A stretch of DNA of 64,000 bases from Nageia nagi (Eukaryota > Plantae > Pinophyta): assembly GCA_050084985.1 (NCBI GenBank), contig JBITNC010000001.1, positions 202,120,001-202,184,000 of the forward strand, read 5' to 3'. How positions within the stretch are numbered: the stretch's first letter is position 1; each line of letters begins with the position of its first letter. The notes under the pieces were generated by a model. That model had not been told where the DNA came from, searched no databases, and saw only the letters and a list, made by a program, of their open reading frames with translations. Position numbers and translations under genes: made by a program. Below are positions 48,165-61,641 of the stretch, piece after piece.

Positions 48165-51100
48165 TGTGACGTTCCATTTGGACCATTGACAAAATGTGTC
48201 ATGGTCACTTTGTAATCTAGTGTTTTGTTTATGATCATGTTGTACATGTGTAACTCAAGCAAAAGCTTATGGTCTGCGGACCCCACTGTGAGCTCAATAA
48301 TGGGATGTCTCCCCTTGAGTAGTGTTTGTTAACTTGTAATGGGTTATCCTGGATTGTGGGAAGCCCTAGATAGGCATGAGTCTTGTATAGTCCAGAGGTG
48401 CATATAGGAGCATACCAGCATTGGGAGGGCCCCACATCCCCCACGTTGGCTTATGAGGTCACCTGGATCCCTACGTCAGCTTGAGGAGGCCCATTAGACC
48501 CCACGTCAGCCTTGAGGGCCTTTATGGCCCTCATGTTGGCACACTAGGTCCATGGGATCCCCACGTTAGCATACTGGGCCAATATGACCCCCACATTGGC
48601 ATGGTTGACCCGTTGACCCCAACGTTGGAATAGACTTGGCTTGGGATGATAACGAGGTATGATGGATAGACACGTGAGGCTATATGTTGAGGATGGAACT
48701 CCATGAGAAGGTTAGCTATTGATTATACTTCTATATTGAACCCGATCGGGCATACAAGTCTTGGCGGTGCTGAGCATTATTCCTAGACAACATCTACAGG
48801 AGTGACAGGGTTGGGAGCCTGGCATTCTACAACTTAGATGGGTCACCTAGTCCATTCAGTGGTATTCCGAGGAAAAGCTTCTACCTTCAGTGGTTGCCAA
48901 GGTTCGAGGAGGCTCCTTTGCAGGAAAAGATTCGGAGTCTGAGGGAGTGAGTCTTTCCTGTGGTGTTCGGCTTGTACAAGGGTTTGGATCCCTAGATCTG
49001 GATGTTGAGATCCTCATTGTACTCCATTGTTATTCCATGATATAATACAACTTGTGTCTCTCTCATCATTGTGTTGTTCCATTTGTATGCATGCGTTGTG
49101 ATATATTGGTGTTGGAGGCTTGTTCTGGCTTAGTATTGTGGTGTGGCCCCATCGCGGGTATTTCTTTGTTGTCCATTGTTGTTGTGTTGCATTCGTGTGG
49201 TTAGCTTAGTGCTGGAGAAGACCTGGGGGATGATGTCAAAATTTGTAGGATCATTGTTTGGTGTGGTGTGTAGTCTGGAAGACCTAGGAGGGCCATGTTG
49301 GTGCATTGAGGTGTTTGTATGGCCTAGAGGGCAATCGTTGGGTGCTTGAGGGTTATAGAAGCCCTAGCTTGGTTTGTGTTTGCTGAGGGTGATTTTAGAT
49401 CGTCACGAGTGGTATCAGAGCCAAGATCTTGCCAGCCTGAGGGAATGGAGGGTCGATCTACAGTTATTGTGAAGAAGTCGGAATACGGTCCGAAGGTGTT
49501 TCACCATTTGCTCCAGAGGTTTGAGGAGGAAAAGATCCCAATGGAAGAAAGGAGAAATCTCATTTGGTATCTTGGCGAAAGACATGCAAATAGAATGTGT
49601 AAGAAGAAGTGGAGGCCACGTCTTCCTAGACCAGATCTAGCGCACAAGACACCACCACAGATTGAGATCTTACTCCAGATCTATCGTGGTATGGCTGAAG
49701 GTTTTCAAAAGGACGTCACATTCCATGTGTATCAAGACTTGCTTGGTTATGGAGTGAATGCATGGAATGGGAACTTTGTTGGGGAAGAGGAGGTGAACCC
49801 AGCCCTAACGGCCGATTTGAAGGGTGGTAATAAGGAGGAAGATGCCCAGGATCTGAAGGAGGAGGATTTGGACGAAGGTATCCGAGAAGGAGCAGCTTTG
49901 AGCTTGAAAAAGAAAGCAGAATGGAAGATATCCGTTCAATCTAGTGCCACACATAATCGATTGGAGAAGGTCACGAAAGTGCTTTCGGTAAGAAGCATGG
50001 ATGCCACAATCCGGAAGAAGGATAATGAATGGGTTTGCATCTTCACACTATTCAAACTAGGGCCAACGTTGGACACAAGGAGGTTTCGAAGTAGCTGCTA
50101 GAGATCCAAGCCATTTTGGATCACTATCCAGACATCTTTGGGGAGATCCCTAAAGGTTTACCACCATCGAGGGGTTGTGAGCACGTGGTGGAGGTAGAGG
50201 ATGGCACAAAGCCTGTCATAATCACGCCATATGGACATCCCAAAACCTATAAAGATGAGATCGAAAAGGCCATCAAGGAGTTATTGGACATGGGGTTCAT
50301 CAGACCCAACACTAGTCCTTTTGCATCCTCGGTAGTTTTGGTGAAGAAGGATGGGACCATGAGGATGTGTATTGACTATTGACTGCTAAACAAGAAAACT
50401 ATCAAGAATCAATATCCGATCCCAAGGGTAGACGAACTCACAGATGAGTTACATGGAGCCAAGTACTTCTCCAAGATTGATCTAATGTCAAGGTATCATC
50501 AGATGCGGATGAAGGAGGAGGACATACACAAGACAACATTTTGTTGCCACTTTGAGTTCATGGTGATGCATTCAGATTGACCAATGCTCCTGCTACCTTC
50601 TAGTCAGCGATGAATCAAGTGTTTCGGGAGAATTTGAGGAAGCACGTCTTAGTATTCTTTGATGACATATTGATCTACAACAAGACGTGGGATAAGCATC
50701 TTAGGCATCTGGATAGTGTGTTGAGGGTATTGCAGATGCAACGGTTCTATGCCAAGCTGTCCAAATGTGAGTTCGGAATGTTGGAGATCTTGTATCTAGG
50801 GCATGCAATAAGCCACGAAGGAGTGAGGGTGGACGAACAAAAGATCTTTGCTATTTTGGAATGGCCGATCCCCACAACCCTCACACAGCTGAGAGGATTC
50901 CTTGGGTTATGCAACTATTATCAGAGTTTCTTCAGGGTTTTTCTCACTTGGTGGCACCCCTCATGTAGCTCACCAAGAAGGATGCCTTTGTTTGGAGTGA
51001 TGAGGCACAGGAGGCTTTCAGGAAGCTCAAAGAAGTGATGTGCACATGTCCCTGTTTGGCCATACCCAACTTTTCAGCCCCATTCAGAATGGAGTGTGAT

Positions 51101-53384
51101 GCATCCAAACTGGGTACAGGGACCGTGTTGATGCAGAACGGGTAGCCTGTAGCTTTTGAAAGAAGGAAATTGACCAACTCAGAGAAGAACCTAAGTGTGT
51201 ATGATAAGGAGATGTTGGCTATCATGCATGCACTCGAGAAGTTCAAGCAGTATTTAGTATGTGGGTTGTTTGTTATACGTAGTGATCGCAACAGTCTGAA
51301 GTATTTCGTTAGCCAGACCAATCTCACAGAAAAGCAACAATGGTGGGTGAGAAAATCGCAATCATATGACTTTGAGATCTAGTACATCAAAGGGAAGAAG
51401 ATCGTAGCTGTGGATGCTTTGTTCTGGCACCCATCATTTTGCTCACTCTCAACCATCATAGCTGAATGGAAGAAGGAAGTCATGGATGAGTATGCATAGG
51501 ATGTTTACACTACAAGGATTTTTGATGGATCAATCAGGAACAGGAGGTATGTGGTCAAGGAGGGGTTGATCTACAAAAGGGGAAAGATCCTCATGACACC
51601 TACATCTGAAGTCATGAAAAAGATGTTGCATGCACTCCATAACACACCTCTCGTCGGTCACCTAGGTGTTGCTTCAACCCTTGCCTATTCCCCAACATAA
51701 AAGGGAACACATTTCCATGGATTTCATCACTGGTTTGCCGAAAGCCCAAGGAAAAGATAGCATCATGGTGGTGGTTGATAGGCTCACCAAGTTTGCCCAC
51801 TTCTTCACCATTACCACCACTCACATAGGCATACAGATTGCAGATTTGTTCTTCCAAGAAGTTTTCAGATTGCACGGCATACCGTTGAGGATAGTTAGTG
51901 ACAGGGATAGCAAGTTTATGAGTGTGTTTTGGTAGGAACTATTTAGGCTGAGTGGAACAACCCTCACCCCTAGCACGAGTTACCACCCTCAAATTGACAG
52001 CCAAACTGAGATCGGCAGCAAGTGGGTTGAAGGGTACCCGTGTCACTATGTCACCGGCCAACAACAAACGTGGGTTAAGTGGCTCCACATTGGGGGGTAT
52101 TGCTACAACACTACTCATCATTCATCCATTAAGATGTCCCCCTTTCGTGCATTATATGGCTATGACCCCCCTAACTTTATGGATCTTATTTTTGATGAAG
52201 GTGAAGCTCCCATGGCTAACCAGTTTTTGCAAGAATATCAGGACATAATAAGGGTGTTGAGAGACAACTTGATTGCTCAGGATAGATAGAAGAAATTCTA
52301 TGATCAGAACAGGACCGAGAGGAGTTTTGAGGTGGGAGACATGGTGTACCTACGTTTGCAACCTTTCCACCAATCCTCACTCAAGAAGAGGAAGGCAGAG
52401 AAGCTACAACCATGTTTCTTTGGGCCTTAAAGATTCTACGTCGAATTGGGGAGGTAGCCTATGAGTTGGAGTTACCTCCGGGGAGTAGGATCCATAGCAC
52501 CTTCCATGTATCCTTGCTGAAAAAGGCAATCGGACATTAGGACATCTATGATGAGGGAAGATTGGTCCTCATATCGGAGAGGGTGTTGGAGACTAGAGTC
52601 AGGAGACTTAGGTATAGGCAAATTCGGGAGCACCTGATCAAGTGGAATGATCTTCCCAAAAAAGACTCAACGTGGGAAGGAGAAGACATTCTAGCACATC
52701 CGTCACTCAGTTGCTTGAGGGAAAGCAATCTCGAGAGGGGAGGCTTTGTGACGTCCCATCTGGGCCATTGACAAGATGTGTCATGGTCACTTTGTAATCT
52801 AGTGTTCTGTTTATGATCATTTTGTACGTGTGTAACTCAAACAGAAGCTTATGGTCTACGGATCCTACTATGAGCCCAGTAATGGGACGTCTCCCCTTGA
52901 GTAGTGTTGTGTTAACTTGTAATGGGTTATCCTGGATTGTGGGAATCCCTAGATATGCATGAGTCTTGTATAGTCTAGAGGTGCATAGAGGAGTATACTA
53001 GCATTGGGAGGGCCTCACATCCCCCATGTTGGCTTATGAGGTCACGACCCCCATGTCAGCTTGAGGAGGCCCATTAGACCCCACGTTAGCCTTGAGGGCC
53101 TTTATGGCCCTCATGTTGGCACACCGGGTCCATGGGACCCCCATGTTAGCATACTGGGCCAATATGACCCCCATGTTGGCATGGTTGACCTGTTGGCCCC
53201 AATGTTGAAATAGACTTGGCTTGGGATGATAACGAGGTATAATAGACATGTGAGGCTATATGTTGAGGATGGAACTCCATGAGGAGGTTAGCTATTGATT
53301 ATACTTCTTCTATATTGAACCCGATCGAGCATACAAGTCTTGGCGGTGCTGAGCATTATTCCTAGACGGCATTTAGAGGAGTGA
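48165..53384 (+). mobile_element. Ty3/gypsy chromovirus with 1.24-kb LTR, no recognisable gag or protease, truncated 3' LTR
   Basis: 5' LTR 48165-49407 (TGTGACG..CGTCACG), PBS TGGTATCAGAGCC 49410-49422, PPT GAGAGGGGAGG ~52732, 3' LTR from 52747 breaking at ~53384. Confidence 0.88.
49445..52720 (+). pseudogene. Unknown N-terminal ORF fused to RT-RNaseH-integrase-chromodomain remnant
   Basis: [69 protein letters not shown]. Integrase Zn-finger partly deleted at ~51665. Confidence 0.85.
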
Positions 53385-56209
53385 TGAAATTTGGCAAAAT
53401 TGGCAGATGGTGTCGAAATCAAGTTTTGACATCTTAGATGGATGGGGAATGAGTGGGAAAGGTGTTTCAGACTTTGAAACGGCCAAAACGGACTTCAAAA
53501 ACAATTTTTAGAGTTTTTGAATATTTTTTGGATTTTTTTTGAATTTTTTTCAAGAAATGAGGATTTTGAGCACTCAGATCTTGGATCATATGTATTTTTT
53601 TGGTTTTTTGTTTGAAAATATAAGTTGATCACATGGATAAAGGGTATCCAAAAAAGTGATCAAACTTGAAATCTGGAAATATAAATTTTCAAGTGTTTGA
53701 GGGTTTGAAATATGGGTTTTTGCGTAAAAATCCTCAAAACTTGGAAAAAAAGGAGTTCATGCAAATGGAGGATGCTTGGATTTCAAATTTTAGTGGAGTT
53801 TGGAGGGATGGCTAAGATGCTAAGTGTTTAAAATCCTCCAAGGATGAAAAATGGCTTTCTTTTTCACTTGGCTCTCAAATTCTCAAAAATTTGGGCAGCA
53901 TAAGGGTGCACAAATGAGATTGGTGAAAAATAGAGGGGGTATGCATGTATTTATAGACTTAGGGGGTCAAATAGTGCCACATGTCAACACCAAATTAACC
54001 CTAAGTCAAAAGCTTACACTTTGGACTCATCCTCCTCCTTGCCAATGTTGGAAAACATGGGAAAAAAGCCAAAACCTGCGCCTAAGTGTGGAAGGGGCAG
54101 TTTTGGAGCAATGTGGGAGGTCTTAGAAGCAAAGATGATGGCTTTTGGGTGCTCTTCAACCTCCATGTTTCAGATTTGGATTTCAAATTTTGAGATTTTT
54201 GAGGAAAAATCCAAATTTTTTGATTTTTCTCAGCCCTTGAATCCCATTTGGATGCACAAAGATGGTTTTTGGGAGTTTTTGTTGACCAACTTGGACAAAT
54301 GATAGGTCCAAATGGTGTATTATCACACCACCTATCTCATGGAGGCAAAAAATTGCAATTTTGAGCACTTTTAGGGACCAAGGAGGCTAGGCGCAGGTTT
54401 TAGGATTTTTGGCAAGTTTTCAAAAATGGAAAAAATGGGGAAGTCTTACAAAACTAGTGCCTACCTTTAAGGGGGTCAAAAATTGGTTTTTGAGCAAATT
54501 TGCAAGACGCAAAGATGCTTACATTTGGATTTTACACCTTGCCTTTCTTTTAAGCACATTTAAACTTGCAATTGTTTTTTTTTTGTTTTGTTTTGGGCAA
54601 GGAAACTACCCCAAATTCCTAGGTGCAGGTTTGCTAATTTTTCCAATTCCATAGGGCTGAAAAATGGTGCCTAACTTGATGAGGAATATCAAATTTTTTT
54701 CAAAAGACAAATTTTATGGTTTCATTGTATGGAAGGGCACAGTTTGAGCACATTTAAACTTTGGAATTTTCAAATTTGAACAAGTTTAAGTTCTCAAAAA
54801 TCTAGGAGGAATTTTCAAATTTGAACAAGTTTAGCCAGGACAATTGATCACCAAAAGTCAGTTGACCCTGCTCTCATTATCAGTCGACCGGGACAATTGA
54901 GTGCCAAAAGTCAACTGACTTGCTCACTTAAGCCATTTTTTCCAAAAATCCTCAAAATTCCAAATCTTGATTCCAAGATCCAAAAACCTCCAATTCAATC
55001 TTAAACACCTTCAAGATCCATGCCCAATCCATTCATGGTTATATAAGATCCTTTCAGGCACTTTTTAAAATTTTTCCAAATTTCGACCCCCCCCCCTATC
55101 GTTTTAAAAAAATAGACCAAAAAATCCACTTTTTCGGAAAAATTCTCTCATAATTCCTTGAAAATTTGCCATAATGATCACATCAAGGGAAAATCCAAAT
55201 TTAGAGAAAGGAGCTCAAAAGACTGTTAGAAGGATTGAGAAAAAGGATTTGAAGCTCCAATTTTTGCCAAATTGATGCAAAACATCTCAAAATGGATGCC
55301 AGAGGGCATCAATTTTGGTAAATATTTTATTTCTAGCATATTTTACTGGGATGAGACTGTTCTTCCACTAAAATGATATTGTAATCTCAATTTAGCATTC
55401 TAAACTTTTTTTAAGAATTAGGGCATCTCTTTCAAATTTGACCTAAAAAGTGTATAAATAGACCTTAAGGGGTTACATTTTGAGGTAGAATGTTGTAGTC
55501 CAAGAAATTTCCAATTTTTTCAAAACTGAAAATTTTTATAATTGAGGAGCAAATTGATGTACTTATGCAAAACTCTTTTACAAACATAATACAAATGGCT
55601 ATAAGTTGATTCAAAGCTTGTTTTCATCTATGAGAGTGGTGGATTGATCTTTTTAGAACATTTTCTGTAATTCAAATATTTTCGTGCCTTCTCTTTGAAA
55701 ACTCTCGAGTTTTAGGAGAATTTGTTGCAAACTTTTCAAAAATGTTTGAATTGTTGCTAATTCATCACTTGCTTGTTAAATGCTTAGTATTTTGAATCGA
55801 CTCTCTTAAGACATCTTCCTAGATCTTTTGTTCAAAACTATCCACGCTCACTCACGTTTAGTCCACTTGGTTGCATCGGTCCTATTCACAGAGTATTGAC
55901 AATCAGTTTTGCTTCTTGCTCATGTTTGGAATGATTGGACAATAGTTATTCGTTTCAAAGACTTGATTGAATTGAAGAAGATTTCTTACCTGATCTGAGA
56001 GAGAGAATGTTTAGACAATGCTGCATTGTGATTACCTCTTTGAGGTCTAGCCAGTATTCGGCCTCATTCTTGCTTTTTCTTTTCTTTATTTTACACTTTC
56101 TTTAAAACTTATGGCAACTTTCGAACTATTGTAAGATAACAAACCTTAGTCCCTACAAAAAATGTGAGTTAACAGTTATTACTTCTACTACACGACTCAG
56201 CTGATTCCC
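53385..56209 (+). mobile_element. Fragment of an L-type LTR, both ends missing
   Basis: 55100-56209 is a clear reverse complement of ~14832-15950; upstream part has the same AGGCGC/GCGCCT array style. Confidence 0.8.
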
Positions 56210-56628
56210 TTTGCCAGAGGGTGCAAAAGCACTCCCTCAATAACATGCGATAGGCTAAAAAAATGAGTGTTTTTCCTTTGCATTTTCGACAAAAACGACA
56301 CACGAGATGCAGATGGGGTTCCTACAACATCGAGGCCTTCAGGATGCCTTCGAACATGAACATGCAAATGATACAAAATAGAGAGGGCTGACTAGTCGCA
56401 TGGTTTGAGAGGGGTGCAAAAGCACTCATTGAAAAACATGTAACATGCTGAAAAATGCATGATTTTAACTTCAACCACCATGAAAATGCAATCTAAACAT
56501 GTTCCTAAGATTGGGCCTGAAAGATATGCATCCTCTTTGACAAATTGCTTATGCAATTTCCTCTTTGTTTTCTTGAGGGTTCTCAAAATGGAAAAAAATT
56601 TGGGAGGGGGTGTTGTGTTGGGACAACA
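56210..56628 (-). mobile_element. 5' ~420 bp of an A-type unit
   Basis: Matches A2 24450-24861; terminus TGTTGTCCCAACACAACACCCCC on minus strand. Confidence 0.85.
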
Positions 56629-56794
56629 ATAGCTAAAGCAAAACAAAACCAAACGAACAAACCAACAATAGAATGAGATTAACACGTGCAAGAAATGGGA
56701 CAATACGAGGCATGAACACAACACTAACAGGAGGTGATTGGACATAACAAAATGCAAACACGACACTTATGTACAAGACGGTGCAACTATTCTT

Positions 56795-57580
56795 CAAGCT
56801 TGAAACTAATGCTTGAGATGTTTACCATTAACGGGCAATGGTAACACTTCTCCAGTGAGTTGCCTGAGCTTGAAAGAATTCGGGCTTGTGAGGTCTTCAA
56901 TGAGAAATGGCCCCAACCAAAGTTTGTTGAACTTAGCGTGTTTCTCTTTATCCTCGTGTGCCTTATCTCACATCAAGACGAGATCGTCTCGTTTGAAATT
57001 CTGTGCCCGAGTAGTTTTATCAAACCATCTCTTGGTGATTTGTTGATGATGGATCATACTTTGAAGGGCTTGCTCCCTCTTTTCTTCTAGCTGGAGGAGA
57101 TTTGCGAATCTCGCTTCAACCACATCATTTGTTCCAGTATATTCCTTCATGAACTGAAGGGTTGCAATTTTCAAGTGCATGGGGAACACAAGTTCGGTGC
57201 CATATACGAGGTGATATGGGTTGGTGTCGAGAGACCTTTTCAGCCTGATCCTATGAGACCATAATGCGTACTTCAATTTACAGTGCCATTCTCTCGGGTT
57301 TTGAGCTAGGAGCTTCTTGATCACCTTGACCAAATTTTTATTGTTCGACTTAGCTATTGCGTTGCCTTGTGGATAGTAATTTGAGGAGTAACTTATACTA
57401 ATGCCATGGTCATATGCCCACTTTGTCAATTTCGCCGAAATGAAACTTGGACCATTGTCACACACCAAACTGTAAGGGATGCCAAATTCTGGTGATGATT
57501 AATTCTTCCAGGAAGTCTATGACAACCTCAGAGGTAGCGTTTTTGCATGCTTTGGCTTTGGTCCATCTGGTGCAATAATC
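56795..57580 (-). pseudogene. Non-chromovirus Ty3/gypsy (Tat/Athila-like) integrase C-terminal remnant
   Basis: VCDNGPSF..SSNYYPQGNAIAKSNNK..PYHLVYG..NFKRDDLVL, then NWGGP-like and PVNGKHLK end. Confidence 0.8.
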
Positions 57581-57589
57581 TGGCAAATT

Positions 57590-58160
57590 TGGTGCCAGAT
57601 CTCAGGCTTGCAAATTGTTTCCCTCGACTCTGGAATGCCGCACTAAGGACTAGTATATTAGCCTCACTTAGAGGTCCATCACGTCTTGGGTGCAATTAGA
57701 GGAAGCATTCATGCAAAGGCTCCAAGTACCTGTGGATCTAGATGTACTATATTAATAATTTTTAAATACAAAGAAATTTTCCCATGAACCAATCAAAAAT
57801 TTCAATGATAGGTGCCAGAAGGCTTATTCCAAAGTAGTGCAACCTCACACAGTTTCGGTGGAGGATGCATTGCGCATGTATATCCGAGCCCTTGATCCTC
57901 ACACAACAGCATTTGTGAGAAGAGAAGCTAATGTCACGACTTTGCAAAGGGCTTATGTTGTTGCCGCCACTATAGAATGACAACTTACACAGAACACTAA
58001 GGGAGAGAAGACAACAAACCTTATGCATTTGTTAGGTGGCTTAAACTTGAACAACCCTTAGTCTCCTTCTCAACCAGCCACTTCGAACTCGACGCAACCA
58101 CAACTCTCGAACATCCCTATGATTGCAAACATGGTTCAGCCAAACCCTTTGGCCCTTACC
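57590..58160 (+). pseudogene. Retrotransposon gag remnant (continues after 59373)
   Basis: CKLFPSTL..SITSWVQLEEAFMQR..EPIKNFNDRCQKAY..YIRALD..TLQRAYVVA. Confidence 0.7.
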
Positions 58161-59372
58161 TATGACAATCTAAAATCACCCTCAGCAAAAACAAACAAAG
58201 CTATGGCTTCTCTAACCCCTAAGCACCCAATGATTTCCCTCTAGGGCATACAAACACCTCAATGCACCAACGTGGGCCTCCTAGGTCCTCCTCACTACAC
58301 ACCACACCAAACAATGATCCCACAAAGCTGGATAGCCACACGAATGCAACACAACAACAATGGACAACACAGAAATACCCACGATGGGCCACACCACAAT
58401 ACTGAGCTAGAACAAGCTTCTAACACTAGTATATCACAACGCATGCATACAAAGGGAACAACACAATAATGAGAGACACAAGTTGTATTATATCATGGAA
58501 TAACAATGGAGTACAATGAGGATCTCAACATCCAGATCTAGGGTTCCAAACCCTTGTAAAAGCCGAACACCACAGGAAAGACTAACTCCCTCAGACTCTA
58601 AATCCTCTCCTGCGAAGGAGCCTCCTCCAATCCTGGTGACCACTGAAGGTAGAAGCTCGCCCTTGGAATACCATCGGATGGACTAAGTGACCCACCTACG
58701 TCGTAGAATGCCAGGCTCCCAACCTTGTCACTCCTCTAGATGCTGTTTAGGAATAATGCTCAACATCGCCAAGGCTTGTATGCTCGATCGGGTTTAGTAT
58801 TGAAAAAGTATAATCAATAGCTAACCCCATCATGGAGCTCCATCCTCAATATATAGCCTCACTTGTCTATCCATCATGCCTCGTTATCATCCCAAGCCAG
58901 GTCTATTCCAACATTGGGGTCAATAGGTCAACCATGCCAATGTTGAGGTCATATTGGTCCAGTATGCTAACGTGGGGGTCCCATGGGCCCAGTGTGCCAA
59001 TGTGGGGGTCATAAAGGCCCTCAAGGTTGACGTGGGGTCTAATGAGCCTCCTTGAGCTGACATGGGGGTCTAAGTGGCCTCATAAGCCAACGTGGGGTAT
59101 GTGAGGTCCTCCCAACCTTGTTATGCTCCTCTATGCACCTTTGGACTATACAAGACTCATGCTTGTCTAGGGATTCCCACAATCCGGGATAACCTATTAC
59201 AAGTTAACACAACACTACTCAAGGGGAGACATCCCATTTCTGGGCTCACAGTGAAGTCCATAGACCATAAGCTCTTGCTTGAGTTACACATGTACAACAT
59301 GATCATAAAAAAAACACTAGATTACAAAGTGACCATGACACATTTTGTCAATGGTCCAAATGGGACATCACA
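58161..59372 (-). mobile_element. Solo LTR (1212 bp) of the 48165 gypsy family
   Basis: Reverse complement of 48165-49407; perfect TSD TTACC (58156-58160 / 59373-59377). Confidence 0.92.
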
Positions 59373-60399
59373 TTACCTATACCACACATTCCTCTCCATC
59401 CACACCTGTCACTAGCAATTCTTCCTCATCTTCACAATCCAATCCATTGAACACTAATCTTTTGATTCAACTCTTGAGCCAACTTTCACAACCATCCCAT
59501 CCCAATCCTGCACGAAGTACCTCAGGCCAAGGGGAGCTCAATGTCTTGTAGCAACTTCTAGGACAATCTACAAATAATCCTAAGAGACAAGGGCCTCCAA
59601 AGAAAGATCAAAAACTCACCAAAAGGGAGCAAGAGCTAGCAAGAAGAGGAAGGGAGCTAGCAAAGAGGGAGAAGGACCAAATGATTTCAAGTTGTTCTTG
59701 ACGAAGCTGGTGGAAAGCAACAATCGAGGGTTGAGTAATGCAGGTTTCAACCTATAAAATCCCAAATAATTCTCCAATGCAAATATTAGCCAAACAATAA
59801 GCAATAAATATCAAATTATGCTCCTATGCATGCTACAAACTTATCTAGGGCATCAAACATGTACAAAAATGTGCCAGAATTCTCAACGCCTCACTCTCAT
59901 AGCCAAATAACACCTCAATTGCCCAATGTCACACACAAGGAAGCAAGATTACATCAAACGCACCAAAATATGAGACAAGAATGGGAGATCAAGTGTGCCA
60001 ATGCTTCATTAAGAGAGGAATCTTGAGTACAAGTAATACCAGGCCCTCAAGAGCTCAATGTTGGCCTCCAAGGAGCCAACTAGGGCACACCAATGTGCAA
60101 ATCGGATCATTGATGCAGATATGTTGTAGAAAAATCACACTCTACTAGATTTGTGGACACCTCACTGAAGGGCTTTCTCATAGTCTAGCTTCTGACGAAG
60201 AGAACAAGTGCAATTCCAGAATGCCACTGGATGGATTCAAAGATGTTGATCGCTATGGATGCCTTGGGGTAGGGCAACCTCACAACACAAACAATCACCT
60301 CAATTGCTAGTCAGAAGTTGTTCCAAGCCTCCTAGACTCTCCGTGGTCATTTCGATACAATTCCATTATATATTATCATTTTGAGTGTGTTTACTCAAT

Positions 60400-61641
60400 A
60401 TACTTAGACGTTGGCATGTTAGCATAAGATCTTGGTTATTGCATTGTTTGTTTAGTATTTGCACTTTTGGGTGAGACGTTGGCTTTTGGAGTGTGTTGTT
60501 TGCAATATTGGATTGTTAATTTGTGTTTGGAATAAGGCGTTGCATACATTTTGGGTTTCTAGAAAAATCTACGAAGGATTGTGCATTTTTGCATGAGCCC
60601 TAGTACAACTCATCACATATGATGATGTATGTTCCAAATTTGGTGCAAAAATGCATAATTGAGCACAGCAGAATGGGACGTCCCTCTTCAAGGGGCAATT
60701 AGGAGTGATTTGAAGTAAAATAGGAATATTTAATTATTTTATTAGGACGTTTAGACTTAATTTTATATTTTTGGGATTTAATTTGTGATCCCAAGGTGGG
60801 ATGCCCCATGTAATGATGTATTTGATGATTTGTAACTTCAACGGGCAATTAGAACTTCTAGGTTGGGTCCACTCATGATGGGATGCTTGATATAAAAGGC
60901 AAGTAGAGTCTCATTTGTTGGTTATGTTTGATTTGATTCTTCTTTGGGTGCAAGCTTTCCTTTCATTTTGTCAGCAAAGGAGGTCCTTGAGGTCTAGCAT
61001 TCCTCTTGGGTTATTCTACTGCCATCACCGTTGTTGAGATATCCACCAAGGAGATACTACTAAGGACTACTGGAATCCATCTGGGATTCACCACTGTTGC
61101 TGAGGATTATTGGAATCCACCTAGGATTCACCACTGTTGCTAAGGATTATTGGAATCCACCTGAGATACACCTTACTTCTGCTGAGAGACTTCTGTTGTT
61201 GAGATCTCTTCACCTTGGACATCCAGCTTTGGAGATTGCTTTGGGTCTTGGCTTCCCAACCTTAGTCTTCTCGAAGGGGTGTTTGGTTAGAGAGACAACC
61301 TGAGTCACATTTACACACCCAAATCTGCATTTAGAGAGCCCACTTGTGGGACATCACACTTTGTAGGGAATCATTGGTGCATTGCATCCCTTCTTCTGCC
61401 TCTTAGCGGGTCATTCACCCCTAAGAGACTAGTTGCTGCATTTTTAAGGGCTTTTGGGAGGAGATCTAGTCCCCTTGGCTAGGATGTCTCACTCTAGGGC
61501 CACATTTTTGGCTTCTTGAGGCTTCTAACTTATTTCTCTTGGCTCCTTACACATTTTGGCACTTGTCTCATAATTTTGTGGCTCATTTATTTGTACATTT
61601 CAGTTATATTTCAGAGTTGATTCAGATCTTATGTTATGCCC
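60400..61641 (+). mobile_element. Probable LTR fragment of another family
   Basis: ACGTTGGC motifs, TATAAAAGG ~60891, internal tandem repeat; termini not defined. Confidence 0.4.
61060..61163. repeat. 40-bp tandem repeat, ~2.6 units
   Basis: CT(A/G)AGGATTATTGGAATCCACCT.GGATTCACCACTGTTG starting at 61060, 61100 and 61140. Confidence 0.85.
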
